Shown here: piece after piece, positions 33,817 through 43,338 of the stretch
How the letters are laid out: the number at the start of each line of letters is the position of its first letter
Position numbering within the stretch: the first letter of the stretch is position 1
Assembly (NCBI GenBank): GCA_944390265.1
Contig: CALXPK010000043.1
Span: forward strand, 1-61,020
Reading direction: 5' to 3'
From: an uncultured Alphaproteobacteria bacterium
GTDB lineage: Bacteria; Pseudomonadota; Alphaproteobacteria; RF32; CAG-239
DNA: 61,020 bases
Translations under genes and position numbers: made by a program
The notes under the pieces: generated by a model
What the model saw: only the letters and a program-made list of their open reading frames with translations
The model's database searches: none
What the model was told of the DNA's origin: nothing

Positions 33817-34929
33817 ATGAAAGTGATTGATGTTGCGCAAAACTTAATGCGTTTTCGGACCGAGACCGGAAACATAAAAGAAATTGAAAAATGTTTGGAA
33901 TATGCCAAATCGCTTTTTGACGGTTTGAATGTTCAAGGCGGAATCTACCACTTTGACAATGCTTCACCGGTGTTGTTTTTGGCCAATGAAATAACCGACA
34001 ATTATGACGTGGTTTGCTTGGGTCATTTGGATGTGGTGCCGGCCGCAGATGAGATGTTCTCGCCCTATATTAAAGATGGCAAGCTCTACGGCCGCGGCTC
34101 TTTGGATATGAAGTCTTTTGCCGCCGTAGCACTCAACTCTTTGGAACATGTTTTGAAAAACAAATTGCCGCTCAAATTTGCCGTCATTCTCTCTACCGAT
34201 GAAGAAAAAGGTTCTAAAAGCACTCATGCCTTTATGGAAGCACACCCGAACTTAAAAGCCAAAATTGTGCTGGACAATGATGTGGGCGGCGATATTAACA
34301 AAATTGTTTCCAAATGCAAGAATCCGGTTTTTGTTAAGATTATGGCCGAAGGTCAGGCGGCGCATGGTTCCACCCCTTGGGAGGGAATCGATGCCAACGA
34401 GATTTTGATGCAAACCCTGCACAATATTCGCCAGATTTATCCTTACTACTCCAAAGGAGGGGTTAAGCCTCAAGACAAGTGGATTGATACCGTGCATGTG
34501 GCGATTATGAACGGCGGCGAAGTCAGCAATGTGATTGCCCGCCACGCCGAAGCGGTTTTGGATTTTCGCCTAACCGAAAACTCAACGGTTGAAAACCTTA
34601 AACGCAATTTGGATAAATGCATGGTCAAAGGCGCCACCTACAAAATTTCTTCCGAAAGCACACCGGTGGTTATGGATGAAAATAACCCCTATATTTTGGA
34701 CTACAAACATTTTGCCGAGCAGGCACTTGGTCACGAACTTGAATTTGAACATATCGGCGGTGCTACCGACTCAAGAGCTTTTGCCGTGCGCGGCTCGATT
34801 GTGATTATGCACTCGGGCACCGGCGAAGGCATGCATGCTGAAGGTGAATATGTGGAAGTGGACAGTGTGGAAAAAATTGCCGACACACAAATCAAATTCT
34901 TGGATAAATTGGCTCAAGATTTGAAATAA
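33817..34929 (+). CDS. M20 family metallopeptidase (ArgE/DapE/CPG2-like)
   Basis: Motifs are LGHLDVVPA, GRGSLDMKS and STDEEKGS. The length is 370 aa. Confidence 0.75.
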   Translation: MKVIDVAQNLMRFRTETGNIKEIEKCLEYAKSLFDGLNVQGGIYHFDNASPVLFLANEITDNYDVVCLGHLDVVPAADEMFSPYIKDGKLYGRGSLDMKSFAAVALNSLEHVLKNKLPLKFAVILSTDEEKGSKSTHAFMEAHPNLKAKIVLDNDVGGDINKIVSKCKNPVFVKIMAEGQAAHGSTPWEGIDANEILMQTLHNIRQIYPYYSKGGVKPQDKWIDTVHVAIMNGGEVSNVIARHAEAVLDFRLTENSTVENLKRNLDKCMVKGATYKISSESTPVVMDENNPYILDYKHFAEQALGHELEFEHIGGATDSRAFAVRGSIVIMHSGTGEGMHAEGEYVEVDSVEKIADTQIKFLDKLAQDLK

Positions 34930-34945
34930 CGGTTCTTATTTACAC

Positions 34946-34979
34946 AAAAAAATCCTCGCCTTTTGACGAGGATTTTTTT
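34946..34979. terminator. Bidirectional terminator between the M20 peptidase (+) and porin (-) genes
   Basis: A-run, ATCCTCG (34952-34958), 8-nt loop, CGAGGAT (34967-34973), then a T-run. Confidence 0.7.
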
Positions 34980-34992
34980 ATTGTCTATCTGC

Positions 34993-36135
34993 TTAAATAT
35001 TAAAGCCGACGCCGGCAATGAAACTGCAACCTTCGTTGCTGTCAGAAGCCGTGCCGGTCAGGCCTTCAAAACGGACATAGCCGATGGCTGAATATAGAGT
35101 CCAATATTCATCCAGCTGATATTGGTTGGCCCATTGCACAAATTGGTCGCGATTGTCGGTTTTGCGCGCCATGGATTCAAAATAGCTGACACCGGTGGTG
35201 AAGTTATCATAAGTATAGCTCAAGCCGATGTTCCAGACCCGACCGTCTCGGAAGCCATCATAAAATTCCGGTGTGATATTGTCATTTATCTGTTGGTTTA
35301 TCGGATTGTCGCTATCGGCATCGGTTTGTCGATATGAGCCGCCCAAGGTCCAGTTTTTGTAAGCCACACTCAAGCCGACGCTCATGTCTTCATGGTCATC
35401 TACATACAGACCATAGCCGGCATATGATGACACATTAAACTCACCAAATTTGTGTTGATTGGAAATGGCGGCGACATAGGCTTCGTTGTTATAATATGGG
35501 GCATAGGCATTTAACAGACCTTGATTGTTGTATGCCGAGGGCATATATGTAAAACCAAACTGCGTGCCTTTATAAATCGGGCTGAAATATGAAAACTTCG
35601 GCGCCACATTATCCGTATCCAGCTTTGTGGAATCCAAGGTTGGATAAAAAGCATATTTTCCGTCTTTATCCCAGTTGGGGTTGTTTAAAAAGTCGGTAAT
35701 GCCGCTATCATTGACACCCAACGGACCAACAACCGGCGCACCGACATACATTTGATAAGCCACGTTATAGTTCATGCCGACCTGAAATTGTCCGTAGGGC
35801 GTTACAAATTCGCCATATATCGGATTGACCCAATCTTTGCCGTCATAATCTTCAAAATAGTTTGTGCCGCTGGAATAAGGCCAATAATAAACGCCTAATT
35901 GATAGTCTTTATTGAAATTGTAGGCTGCGGAAAAGGTTAAATAAAGCGATGTATAGACATTGTCATTATCATTTTCCGAATCATATTTACCGGGAAATTC
36001 GTTGTAGCCGTATAAAACCGTAGGGTTAGCTCCAATGTTAAATGTCCAATTGTCATAGTTGAACTCTTTGGCTTGTACCGATGCGGCACCAAAGACAAAG
36101 CCGCTCATAAGCAATAATCCTAATTTTTTGTTCAT
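34993..36135 (-). CDS. Outer-membrane beta-barrel porin-like protein (380 aa)
   Basis: Preferred start is MNKKLGLLLMSGFVFGAASVQA behind GAGGGG. It has alternating aromatic/Gly-rich strands throughout and the C-terminal strand FIAGVGFNI. Confidence 0.65.
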   Translation of the reverse strand: MNKKLGLLLMSGFVFGAASVQAKEFNYDNWTFNIGANPTVLYGYNEFPGKYDSENDNDNVYTSLYLTFSAAYNFNKDYQLGVYYWPYSSGTNYFEDYDGKDWVNPIYGEFVTPYGQFQVGMNYNVAYQMYVGAPVVGPLGVNDSGITDFLNNPNWDKDGKYAFYPTLDSTKLDTDNVAPKFSYFSPIYKGTQFGFTYMPSAYNNQGLLNAYAPYYNNEAYVAAISNQHKFGEFNVSSYAGYGLYVDDHEDMSVGLSVAYKNWTLGGSYRQTDADSDNPINQQINDNITPEFYDGFRDGRVWNIGLSYTYDNFTTGVSYFESMARKTDNRDQFVQWANQYQLDEYWTLYSAIGYVRFEGLTGTASDSNEGCSFIAGVGFNI

Positions 36136-36242
36136 TATAACCCCTCTTTTTTTCAAATTTGTTTTTTATATAATCTGCTTTTGCGGGTTTTCTACTTTTC
36201 TGTTGAAATAAATTGCAAAAAAAATTATAAATTTAGCGGCGG

Positions 36243-36319
<77 letters not shown>

Positions 36320-36456
36320 AATTTTTCAAATTTCTCGTCCGGAGAGGACTATTCCTTGAGTATCTAACTTTCAATTTTTGATTTTTCTCTCCCCTTTAAT
36401 CTTTATTTAAGCCCTCAATGATATTATCTTTATTATCATTAATTGAGAGGTTGATT

Positions 36457-37344
36457 ATGAAAAAAAATATCATTATCGGGGTTGGAGAACTGCTTTGGGA
36501 TATGCTGCCTTCCGGCAAACGTGCCGGCGGTGCTCCGGTTAATTTTGTTTATCATGCCATTCAGGCCGGTGCCGACGGTTATGCCATTTCTAAAATCGGT
36601 AAAGATGCCAATGGCGCCGAAATTCTCGAAGAACTCAAAAAAAACAAAATCAAGTTTTTGATTGAAGAATCCAACCTTCCGACCAGCACGGTCGAAGTGG
36701 AGCTGGAAAACGGAATCCCAACTTATAAAATTGTGGAAAATGTGGCTTGGGATGATATTGATGTGACCAACGAGACCTTAAATTTGGTCAAAAAATGTGA
36801 TGTGATTTGTTTTGGCACCTTGGCTCTGCGTGCAAAAAAATCGCAAGACAGTATTATGGCTTTGATTGATGCCGCACCTCAAAAAGCCTTTAAGGTTTTT
36901 GACATTAATCTCCGACAAGATTTTTATTCTAAAGAGTTGATTGAAACTTTGCTCAAAAAATCTAACGTGTTCAAAATCAATGATGTGGAATTGGCTCTTT
37001 TGCGACAATTGTTCAGCCTCAAAGGCTCTGATGAAGAAATTTGCGATAAACTTTTGCAGAAATATCAGCTCAGATACCTCATCTACACCGTGGGGGATAA
37101 ATACAGCGTGGTTTATTCTCCGAAGGATTGTACTTTGATTGAAACACCCAAAGTTAAAGTGGCCGACACGATTGGCGCCGGTGATGCTTTTGCCGCCTCT
37201 TTCCTGCAAGCCACACTCAACGGCCAGCCCCAGCTTGAGGCGCATAAATATGCCGTGGCGGCTGCCGCTTTTGTTTGCACAAAGTCCGGCGCTTGGCCTA
37301 AATATGACCGCAAAAAAATTGAGGAAATTGAAAATGGAATTTAA
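36457..37344 (+). CDS. PfkB-family sugar kinase (fructokinase-like)
   Basis: Preferred start is ATG 36457 after GAGAGG. Motifs are GVGELLWDMLPSGKRAGGAPVNF and DTIGAGDAFAASF. Confidence 0.75.
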   Translation: MKKNIIIGVGELLWDMLPSGKRAGGAPVNFVYHAIQAGADGYAISKIGKDANGAEILEELKKNKIKFLIEESNLPTSTVEVELENGIPTYKIVENVAWDDIDVTNETLNLVKKCDVICFGTLALRAKKSQDSIMALIDAAPQKAFKVFDINLRQDFYSKELIETLLKKSNVFKINDVELALLRQLFSLKGSDEEICDKLLQKYQLRYLIYTVGDKYSVVYSPKDCTLIETPKVKVADTIGAGDAFAASFLQATLNGQPQLEAHKYAVAAAAFVCTKSGAWPKYDRKKIEEIENGI

Positions 37345-37708
37345 GTTTAATCACTTTAACTTTAATGTTACTGACTTAACCCAAAGCCTCGATTTTTATG
37401 CCAAAGCTCTCGATTTGCACGAAACGCATCGTCTGCAAGCTAAAGATGACAGTTATACCATTGTTTATTTGGGTGACAAAAAATCTGACTTTGAATTGGA
37501 GCTAACCTATTTGCCCAGCCATCCGCAAAAATATGATTTGGGCGAATGTGAGTTTCACCTTGCTTTGCAAACAGATGATTATGACGCCGCTTTGCAAAAA
37601 CACCAAGCAATGGGCTGTGTTTGCTTTGTCAACGAGGCGATGGGAATTTATTTTATTGAAGACCCGGACGGCTACTGGATTGAGATTATTCCGGCACGCA
37701 AAAAATGA
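37334..37708 (+). CDS. VOC/glyoxalase I family protein (124 aa)
   Basis: Start is ATG 37334, overlapping the kinase gene end. Sequence reads MEFKFNHFNFNVTDLTQSLDFYAKALDL...FHLALQTDD...YFIEDPDGYWIEIIP. Confidence 0.7.
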   Translation: MEFKFNHFNFNVTDLTQSLDFYAKALDLHETHRLQAKDDSYTIVYLGDKKSDFELELTYLPSHPQKYDLGECEFHLALQTDDYDAALQKHQAMGCVCFVNEAMGIYFIEDPDGYWIEIIPARKK

Positions 37709-38843
37709 TGCCGCTTGCCTTGCTCTGAGCCAAAAATTCGGCAGAAAGTTTCGAGCTCGTCGTTGCCATGATTGCACATCGGTGGCGACGACTTTCGATT
37801 TTTAAAATTGCCAGCAAGGCTTGCGAATCGTATGTTTCTTCTTTATCGGGAAAAGGAAAATCGGTGCAAAGATTTTTTTCCAAACCGGCAAAATCGGCTA
37901 TATATAAAACATCGCTTCCTTGCATGGCGGCTCTGACTTTGGCAATTATCGGGCGATAAAAATTCTCTTTCAGGCTTTGCGAATCGTAAGGCACAAAATT
38001 TTTATCGGCAACGCAGAGCTTATTTTTAAGTAATTTTCTATTTTGCCAACCTTCAAAACTTTGATAATCAGCCGCGGTCAAATTTGATACATAAGCGATG
38101 ACTTTTCTCCCTTGGCGGTGCAGATAGGCTTTGCTCTTTTGCAAATAGGTGTCAACTTCGGCCAAAATGGAGGCGGCTTGATTGATGGCCGCTTGATTTT
38201 CCTTGGCAAATTCTTTGCATTTATAAGAATTTATCTTATTAAAATCATAACAGCGATTGCACCAATCTTGGAAATTTTGATTGATTTTATGCCGGCTTTT
38301 CAACGCCAGAAACAACGCCTGCTCGTTATCCGGCTCTTGCGGCGCGGCAAAAGACAAGTGGCGGCGATAAACGGCGGCCAAATCGGCAAAACGCGGAAAT
38401 GGAAATTGATAATGCAAATCTGATTTTTCTTGCAAAACCTGCCTTAAGTTTTTCAAAGAATTTATCGGGCTTTGCGGGGTGATGATTGCGGAGGCAACAT
38501 AGACCTTGGTCGGGGCGATGATTAACAGGCTGTCGGTGTCTATATTTTCTGCCCGCAGGCGCAGATGATAATAACCAACACCTAACTTGGGCAAGGTAAA
38601 ATCTTTTTTTGTATCTGCCGTGCCATTGATGATGCGCCCTGCCTCATCTTCAATTTCATAAGCAAGGCTTTGCGGCAGGGCCGAAGTTTGCCACGAAATG
38701 ACATAATCTTGGCCGTTTTGCTCAAAAACGATAATCGGTGAAATATATTTGCACATTAAAAAAACATCCTTTGGGCGCTGATTTGATATATGAATAATAT
38801 TTTTTATCAAACTTGTCATTATTTTCTTGCTTTTCAAAAACAA
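37686..38843 (-). CDS. Hypothetical protein with weak resemblance to the N-terminal part of 4-alpha-glucanotransferase (MalQ); start uncertain
   Basis: The segment LPKLGVGYYHLRLRAENIDTDSLLIIAPTKVY resembles the MalQ N-region as I remember it. I saw no clear catalytic motifs. Several in-frame Met codons could serve as the start. Confidence 0.35.
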   Translation of the reverse strand: MFLKSKKIMTSLIKNIIHISNQRPKDVFLMCKYISPIIVFEQNGQDYVISWQTSALPQSLAYEIEDEAGRIINGTADTKKDFTLPKLGVGYYHLRLRAENIDTDSLLIIAPTKVYVASAIITPQSPINSLKNLRQVLQEKSDLHYQFPFPRFADLAAVYRRHLSFAAPQEPDNEQALFLALKSRHKINQNFQDWCNRCYDFNKINSYKCKEFAKENQAAINQAASILAEVDTYLQKSKAYLHRQGRKVIAYVSNLTAADYQSFEGWQNRKLLKNKLCVADKNFVPYDSQSLKENFYRPIIAKVRAAMQGSDVLYIADFAGLEKNLCTDFPFPDKEETYDSQALLAILKIESRRHRCAIMATTSSKLSAEFLAQSKASGIIFCVPE

Positions 38844-38867
38844 ATATGCTTAATTGTCGTTGTCGCT

Positions 38868-38958
38868 GGATAGATGGCCGAGTGGTCGAAGGCGCACGAT
38901 TGGAAATCGTGTGTACGTCTAAAGCGTACCGTGAGTTCGAATCTCACTCTATCCGCCA
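38868..38958 (+). tRNA. tRNA-Ser (anticodon GGA), long variable arm
   Basis: Acceptor GGATAGA/TCTATCC, D-loop GCCGAGTGGTCGAAGGC, anticodon loop TTGGAAA, variable arm GTACGTCTAAAGCGTAC, T-arm GTGAGTTCGAATCTCAC, and an encoded CCA. Confidence 0.9.
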
Positions 38959-39098
38959 TTTCCTTTATAAAGAACACCCCTCGTGGGTGTTTTTTTGTAT
39001 CCACAAGGCAAACAGCTCCTTTACAATTTTGCAAATAGTGTTAGGGTGAAAACAGTTTTATTACTTTTATTAAAATTATTGTTTCACTTTTAAAATTT

Positions 39099-39296
39099 AT
39101 GCTTATGAAAAAGAGTACTGTTATTGGAATGGCCGTAGGTGGCTTGTTGGTTGTTGGTGGTAGCATTTTGGCTTACATCAAAAGAGAAGAAGTTAAAGAA
39201 ATTGCTAACCAAGTAGCTGAAGAAGTAAAAAAGCGCTTGAAGAAAGACAAAACCGCAACTGAAGATGAAACACATCAAGGCCAGGCTGAAGAATAA
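39099..39296 (+). CDS. Small membrane-anchored protein, YtxH-like (65 aa)
   Basis: The N-terminal helix VIGMAVGGLLVVGGSILAYI is followed by a charged amphipathic tail and a strong terminator. Confidence 0.5.
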   Translation: MLMKKSTVIGMAVGGLLVVGGSILAYIKREEVKEIANQVAEEVKKRLKKDKTATEDETHQGQAEE

Positions 39297-39328
39297 ACAA
39301 TAATATTTTTTTCAGCTTTACTCTTCAC

Positions 39329-39370
39329 AAAAACCCCGAAAACTTTTTATGGTTTTGCGGGGTTTTTCTT
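39329..39370. terminator. Bidirectional terminator between the small membrane protein (+) and the MFS transporter (-)
   Basis: AAAAACCCCG (39329-39338) pairs with CGGGGTTTTT (39358-39367), with an inner AAAAC/GTTTT extension. Confidence 0.7.
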
Positions 39371-39384
39371 TTATCTATTTTATT

Positions 39385-40794
39385 CTAGTTCTTACCAAAC
39401 TTGCGGGCGGGGACGTGCTCGCGCCAGTTCTTTTCTATCTTCTCCAGAGATATGCCTTTGGTTTCCGGTACCAGATAATAAGTAAAGAGCAAGCTCAAAG
39501 CGGCAATGCCGGCATAAATCCAGAAGGTGTAAGCCTCGCCGATATGGTGAATCAACGGCAAGAAGCTCAAGACCACAATGAAGTTAAAACCAAAGTTGGC
39601 CACGGTGCAGACGCTCATGGCGAATCCGCGGATTTGCAACGGCAAAACTTCAGATACCATAATCCAGCCAATCGGGCCTAAGCTCATGGCAAAGCACATG
39701 ATGTATAAAATCACACTGCCGACAGCCACCCATTTTAATTTATCGCCCAAAACATCGGCAAAATAGAAAGATGAGCCAAGAGCAATCAAGGCAACAAAAA
39801 TACCCCACAAACCAATGTATAACAATGGTTTTCTGCCCCATTTATCGGTGAAGAAAATGGCAACAAAGGTCATAAGGAAGTTGACCGCGCCCACGCCGAT
39901 GGTGGCATAAATGGCGCTGATATTATCAGCGAATCCTGCCGTTTTGAAAATGGTGGTGGTATAGAAAATGATGGTGTTAATACCGGTGCAGATTTGCATA
40001 AACATCATGCCGACGCCGACAAAAACCGGCATCAACATCCATTTTTGGAAAACTTTTTGCTTGGTCTTCGTGTCCGGCACTTCTAACGTGGCTCTGATTT
40101 CGGCCACATGGGCATCAACATCTTCTTCGGGATTGATTTTTTTGAAAATCTCTTTGGCTTCTTTATCGCGGTGTTTGCTAATCAACCAACGCGGGGTATC
40201 TCCCAAGAAGCTAATGCCAACCAGCAAGATGATGGCCGGAATCAAACCCGCACCCACCATCCAGCGCCAGTTATACTCGGTGTTGGCAAAAATGCGGTTG
40301 ATGAGGTATGAAAACAAAATACCGCCGGTGATGGCCAGCTGATAAAGAGAAACGAGCATACCTCTGATTTTTTGCGGCGCAATTTCCGACAAATACATCG
40401 GGACAACAAAGTTGACCATACCTACGGCCAAACCGATGATGCCGCGCGAGATAATCAAAGCCATCGGAGAATGGGCATAACCGCACAAAATGGAACCGAC
40501 GGCAAAGATGATGCCGGTCGCCACAATAATCTTTTTACGGCCATAAATATCGGATAAAGAGCCGTTCATGGCGGCACCAATCACGGCACCGACAATGGCC
40601 GAACTCACAATCCAGCCCTGCTCCCATGCGCTCATATCCCAAGTTTCGTTGATATAAAGCAAAGCGCCCGAAACAACGCCGGTGTCAAAACCCGACAACA
40701 GGCCGCCCAGCGAGGCCACGATTGCTATGACATAAAGCCAAAAATGTTTGATTTTTATCACCTTGGTGGTGCTGTAAGTTGCCATGGCCATCAC
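39385..40794 (-). CDS. MFS sugar porter family transporter (469 aa)
   Basis: 12-TM layout, with motifs SDIYGRKKIIV, PRWL and VPETKGISLEKIE. Confidence 0.85.
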   Translation of the reverse strand: MMAMATYSTTKVIKIKHFWLYVIAIVASLGGLLSGFDTGVVSGALLYINETWDMSAWEQGWIVSSAIVGAVIGAAMNGSLSDIYGRKKIIVATGIIFAVGSILCGYAHSPMALIISRGIIGLAVGMVNFVVPMYLSEIAPQKIRGMLVSLYQLAITGGILFSYLINRIFANTEYNWRWMVGAGLIPAIILLVGISFLGDTPRWLISKHRDKEAKEIFKKINPEEDVDAHVAEIRATLEVPDTKTKQKVFQKWMLMPVFVGVGMMFMQICTGINTIIFYTTTIFKTAGFADNISAIYATIGVGAVNFLMTFVAIFFTDKWGRKPLLYIGLWGIFVALIALGSSFYFADVLGDKLKWVAVGSVILYIMCFAMSLGPIGWIMVSEVLPLQIRGFAMSVCTVANFGFNFIVVLSFLPLIHHIGEAYTFWIYAGIAALSLLFTYYLVPETKGISLEKIEKNWREHVPARKFGKN

Positions 40795-40827
40795 ATTTCT
40801 CCTTCTTTGTTTTATTGTCTATATATT

Positions 40828-41397
40828 TTATGCTTCCAAATCCAAAATTTCAAGACATGCTTCAAAATTTGCTTTTTGCGGCGAGGCAATATAAGCCCCT
40901 ATTTTGATTTTTCCTTGCTCTGACGGCAAATAGAACAAACGATGTTGCGCATATTTCACCCCGTCTAAAGAATAATAAGCAATATAGTCATCTTCATTTC
41001 TGACGAGCTTGTACCAGATTTCGGTCACGGGATGCGGTAAATCTATCACCGCCCAATCGGAACTGCCGTCTATGGTCAGACTGCTGCCTAATTTGGCTTG
41101 GGCTTTGTTTTCCGACATCAGGCTGAATTTGAACCAATTTTTTTCATCCATACGCAACATGATGCCGCTTTGGCAAAAAGCATCCGACGGCTCGTCTAAC
41201 CGCCATTTGGTCATGAGCCGAAAATCGCCTTTGCTTTCGCAATAAAAAAAATGTCCGTCATCTTTTTGAAAGCGGTGTCCCTTGCTTTGCCAAAAGTCAG
41301 TTTTGCTTTTGCTCACAACGGACATTCCGTTTTCAATGAAGCGGACATTTTCCGGTTCGTTCAGCCACTCGAAATCTTTTAAGGCATCCAGCAGCAT
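40828..41397 (-). CDS. DUF1349 family protein (concanavalin-like fold)
   Basis: FEWLNEPENVRF...KTDFWQSKGHRFQKDDGHFFY...GDFRL...CQSGIMLRMDEKNWFKF. Confidence 0.6.
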   Translation of the reverse strand: MLLDALKDFEWLNEPENVRFIENGMSVVSKSKTDFWQSKGHRFQKDDGHFFYCESKGDFRLMTKWRLDEPSDAFCQSGIMLRMDEKNWFKFSLMSENKAQAKLGSSLTIDGSSDWAVIDLPHPVTEIWYKLVRNEDDYIAYYSLDGVKYAQHRLFYLPSEQGKIKIGAYIASPQKANFEACLEILDLEA

Positions 41398-42338
41398 TAA
41401 AAACTCCGAATCTTTTCATCGCTCATGGAAGCCAGCGCTTTTTCCAATGCCTCGTTCTTAATCTTCGGGGTGACGACTTTGAGGGTGATTATCTCATCGC
41501 CGACGCCGCTTTGGTTCTTAATGCCCTTGCCTTTCAAGCGCAATTTTTCGCCGCTGGTCGAATAAGGCGGAATGTTGACATTGACCTTGCCGGAGATGGT
41601 CGGAACGGTGATTTTTCCGCCCAAGACAGCCTCTTTGAAGCTAATCGGCAACTCAAGATGAATATCCAACCCCTGCGCCTCAAAATAAGGGTGTTTATCC
41701 ACATTGATGGTTATCAAAACATCGCCATTTTCGCCGCCGTTAGGACTGGGTTGACCCAAACCGCGCAGACGCAAAGTCTGCCCGTCGGTGGTGCCGGCCG
41801 GAATCTTCACATTGACGGCTTTGCCGCCGAGGTTGACCTTTTTCTCAGCGCCTTGGGCCGCACTCAAGAAATCAACCCGCATGGAGTATGAAATATCGGC
41901 ACCTTTACGCGGACGACGTGCTCCCGAGCTAAAGCCCGAAAATCCGCGGCTTTGTCCGCCACCGGAAAATTGCGAGAAGATGTCATCGCCAAAGATGGAA
42001 GAAAAATCAAATCCTTGTGCGCCATCGCCAAACGGATTGCCGCCGGTTGAATAGTTATAATAAGTTCCGCCGCCGGTGTTGCCGCCGCCGAAACCGGCGC
42101 CAAAGCCCGTGGGACGTCCCTCATCATCTATTTCGTTGTTATCATACTTCTGGCGTTTTTCCTTGTTACCCAAAATGTCATAAGCGGCTGATATTTCTTT
42201 AAATTTATCAGCGGCGTCTTTGTTATCTTTGTTAACGTCGGGATGATATTTACGCGCAAGTTGACGATAGGCGGTTTTGATTTCTGCCTCGGTTGCATCT
42301 TTGCTCACACCCAAAATATGATATAAATTTTTGCTCAT
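41397..42338 (-). CDS. DnaJ-class co-chaperone without zinc finger (CbpA-like)
   Basis: J-domain YHILGVSKDATEAEIKTAYRQLARKYHPDVN, a G/F-rich linker and a DnaJ C-terminal beta domain. There are no CxxCxGxG repeats. Confidence 0.8.
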   Translation of the reverse strand: MSKNLYHILGVSKDATEAEIKTAYRQLARKYHPDVNKDNKDAADKFKEISAAYDILGNKEKRQKYDNNEIDDEGRPTGFGAGFGGGNTGGGTYYNYSTGGNPFGDGAQGFDFSSIFGDDIFSQFSGGGQSRGFSGFSSGARRPRKGADISYSMRVDFLSAAQGAEKKVNLGGKAVNVKIPAGTTDGQTLRLRGLGQPSPNGGENGDVLITINVDKHPYFEAQGLDIHLELPISFKEAVLGGKITVPTISGKVNVNIPPYSTSGEKLRLKGKGIKNQSGVGDEIITLKVVTPKIKNEALEKALASMSDEKIRSF

Positions 42339-42413
42339 GTGTTTATGCCATAAATTAACTGTTCTTTTTTATTGTATATAGGAATCAGCCTATATATTTG
42401 CAAGTGAGCGGCT

Positions 42414-42731
42414 CTAGCGGCACAAAAATTTTGCACGGCGGGCATTGTTGTGATAAAGCGTGATGTTGTCCAAATATGCCTGAAGGCTGTTGTGATCCTT
42501 GCAATAAAGAGCGGCCAAAATGGCTAAATCATCCACGCGGATGTTTTTATATTCATAAACCACAAAATTTTCACCTTGGGCGGCAACTGTCACGTTTTTG
42601 GCATAATCGGCATAGTCGGCATCGGTCAAGACCGGCGCTTGCGGCTCCGATGAAGAATCCGTCATTTCTGAAAAATAGGAGCAGGCGCATAGCATTATAA
42701 CCGCCGTTCCCGACAAAAGTTTTTTTATCAT
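42414..42731 (-). CDS. Small lipoprotein, unknown function (105 aa)
   Basis: MIKKLLSGTAVIMLCAC has a lipobox-like signal. Confidence 0.55.
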   Translation of the reverse strand: MIKKLLSGTAVIMLCACSYFSEMTDSSSEPQAPVLTDADYADYAKNVTVAAQGENFVVYEYKNIRVDDLAILAALYCKDHNSLQAYLDNITLYHNNARRAKFLCR

Positions 42732-42895
42732 GCATTTATCTCTTTTTGTTTGTTTTTCACAAGATGCAACTCATTTTTGTTTTCTTCATCCATTTCCAGC
42801 GGCGGCAAACCTTCTTCGGCCTTGCCGTCTTTCATCATAATCACGGCATAGCGCATTTCCTTGAGATGTTGCAAAGTTTTTTCTGCATCAAACAT
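42728..42895 (-). CDS. Small ORF (55 aa) translationally coupled to the lipoprotein gene; below the track cut-off
   Basis: My translation is MFDAEKTLQHLKEMRYAVIMMKDGKAEEGLPPLEMDEENKNELHLVKNKQKEINA, behind GAGGACAAACAA. Its TGA overlaps the ATG of the next gene (ATGA). Confidence 0.4.
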   Translation of the reverse strand: MFDAEKTLQHLKEMRYAVIMMKDGKAEEGLPPLEMDEENKNELHLVKNKQKEINA

Positions 42896-42937
42896 TTGTT
42901 TGTCCTCAAATATTTATGATATTCGGTTATAGCAAAT

Positions 42938-43243
42938 TTATTTTAAGATATCGTAAATTTGTTTGCCGGCATCTTCCAAAATTTGCAAAACTCTTTTGTT
43001 GTCGCTGTTTTTGGTTTTGGAGTTTTGGAGCTTGTTCAACATGCTTTGCAGTTTTTGGTTAAAACGAGCATCTTGGCGCAATCTTTCCACATTGCGATAT
43101 TCTTCTTCATCATTGATTTTGTAGTTGGCAACCGCTTTGATGGTGGCCAAATATTGGGCGTTTTTGGTTGATGAATATTGCGCATTGGCCGAAAAAGAAC
43201 TCATCATGACCGCCAAAAAACTTATGATTGAAAGAAAACGCAT
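42938..43243 (-). CDS. Small secreted helical protein, unknown function (101 aa)
   Basis: Signal peptide MRFLSIISFLAVMMSSFSANA. Confidence 0.55.
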   Translation of the reverse strand: MRFLSIISFLAVMMSSFSANAQYSSTKNAQYLATIKAVANYKINDEEEYRNVERLRQDARFNQKLQSMLNKLQNSKTKNSDNKRVLQILEDAGKQIYDILK

Positions 43244-43338
43244 GATCCCCTCCGCAAAAAAAGATTGTATAAACCATTTATATGTAATATTACTGATTAT
43301 ATAACCTTTTTACTATTTATTTTTTAGAGTTATCAAAC

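Noticed and set aside
38813-39049. 78-aa plus-strand and 66-aa minus-strand ORFs
   Set aside because: Both run through tRNA-Ser(GGA).
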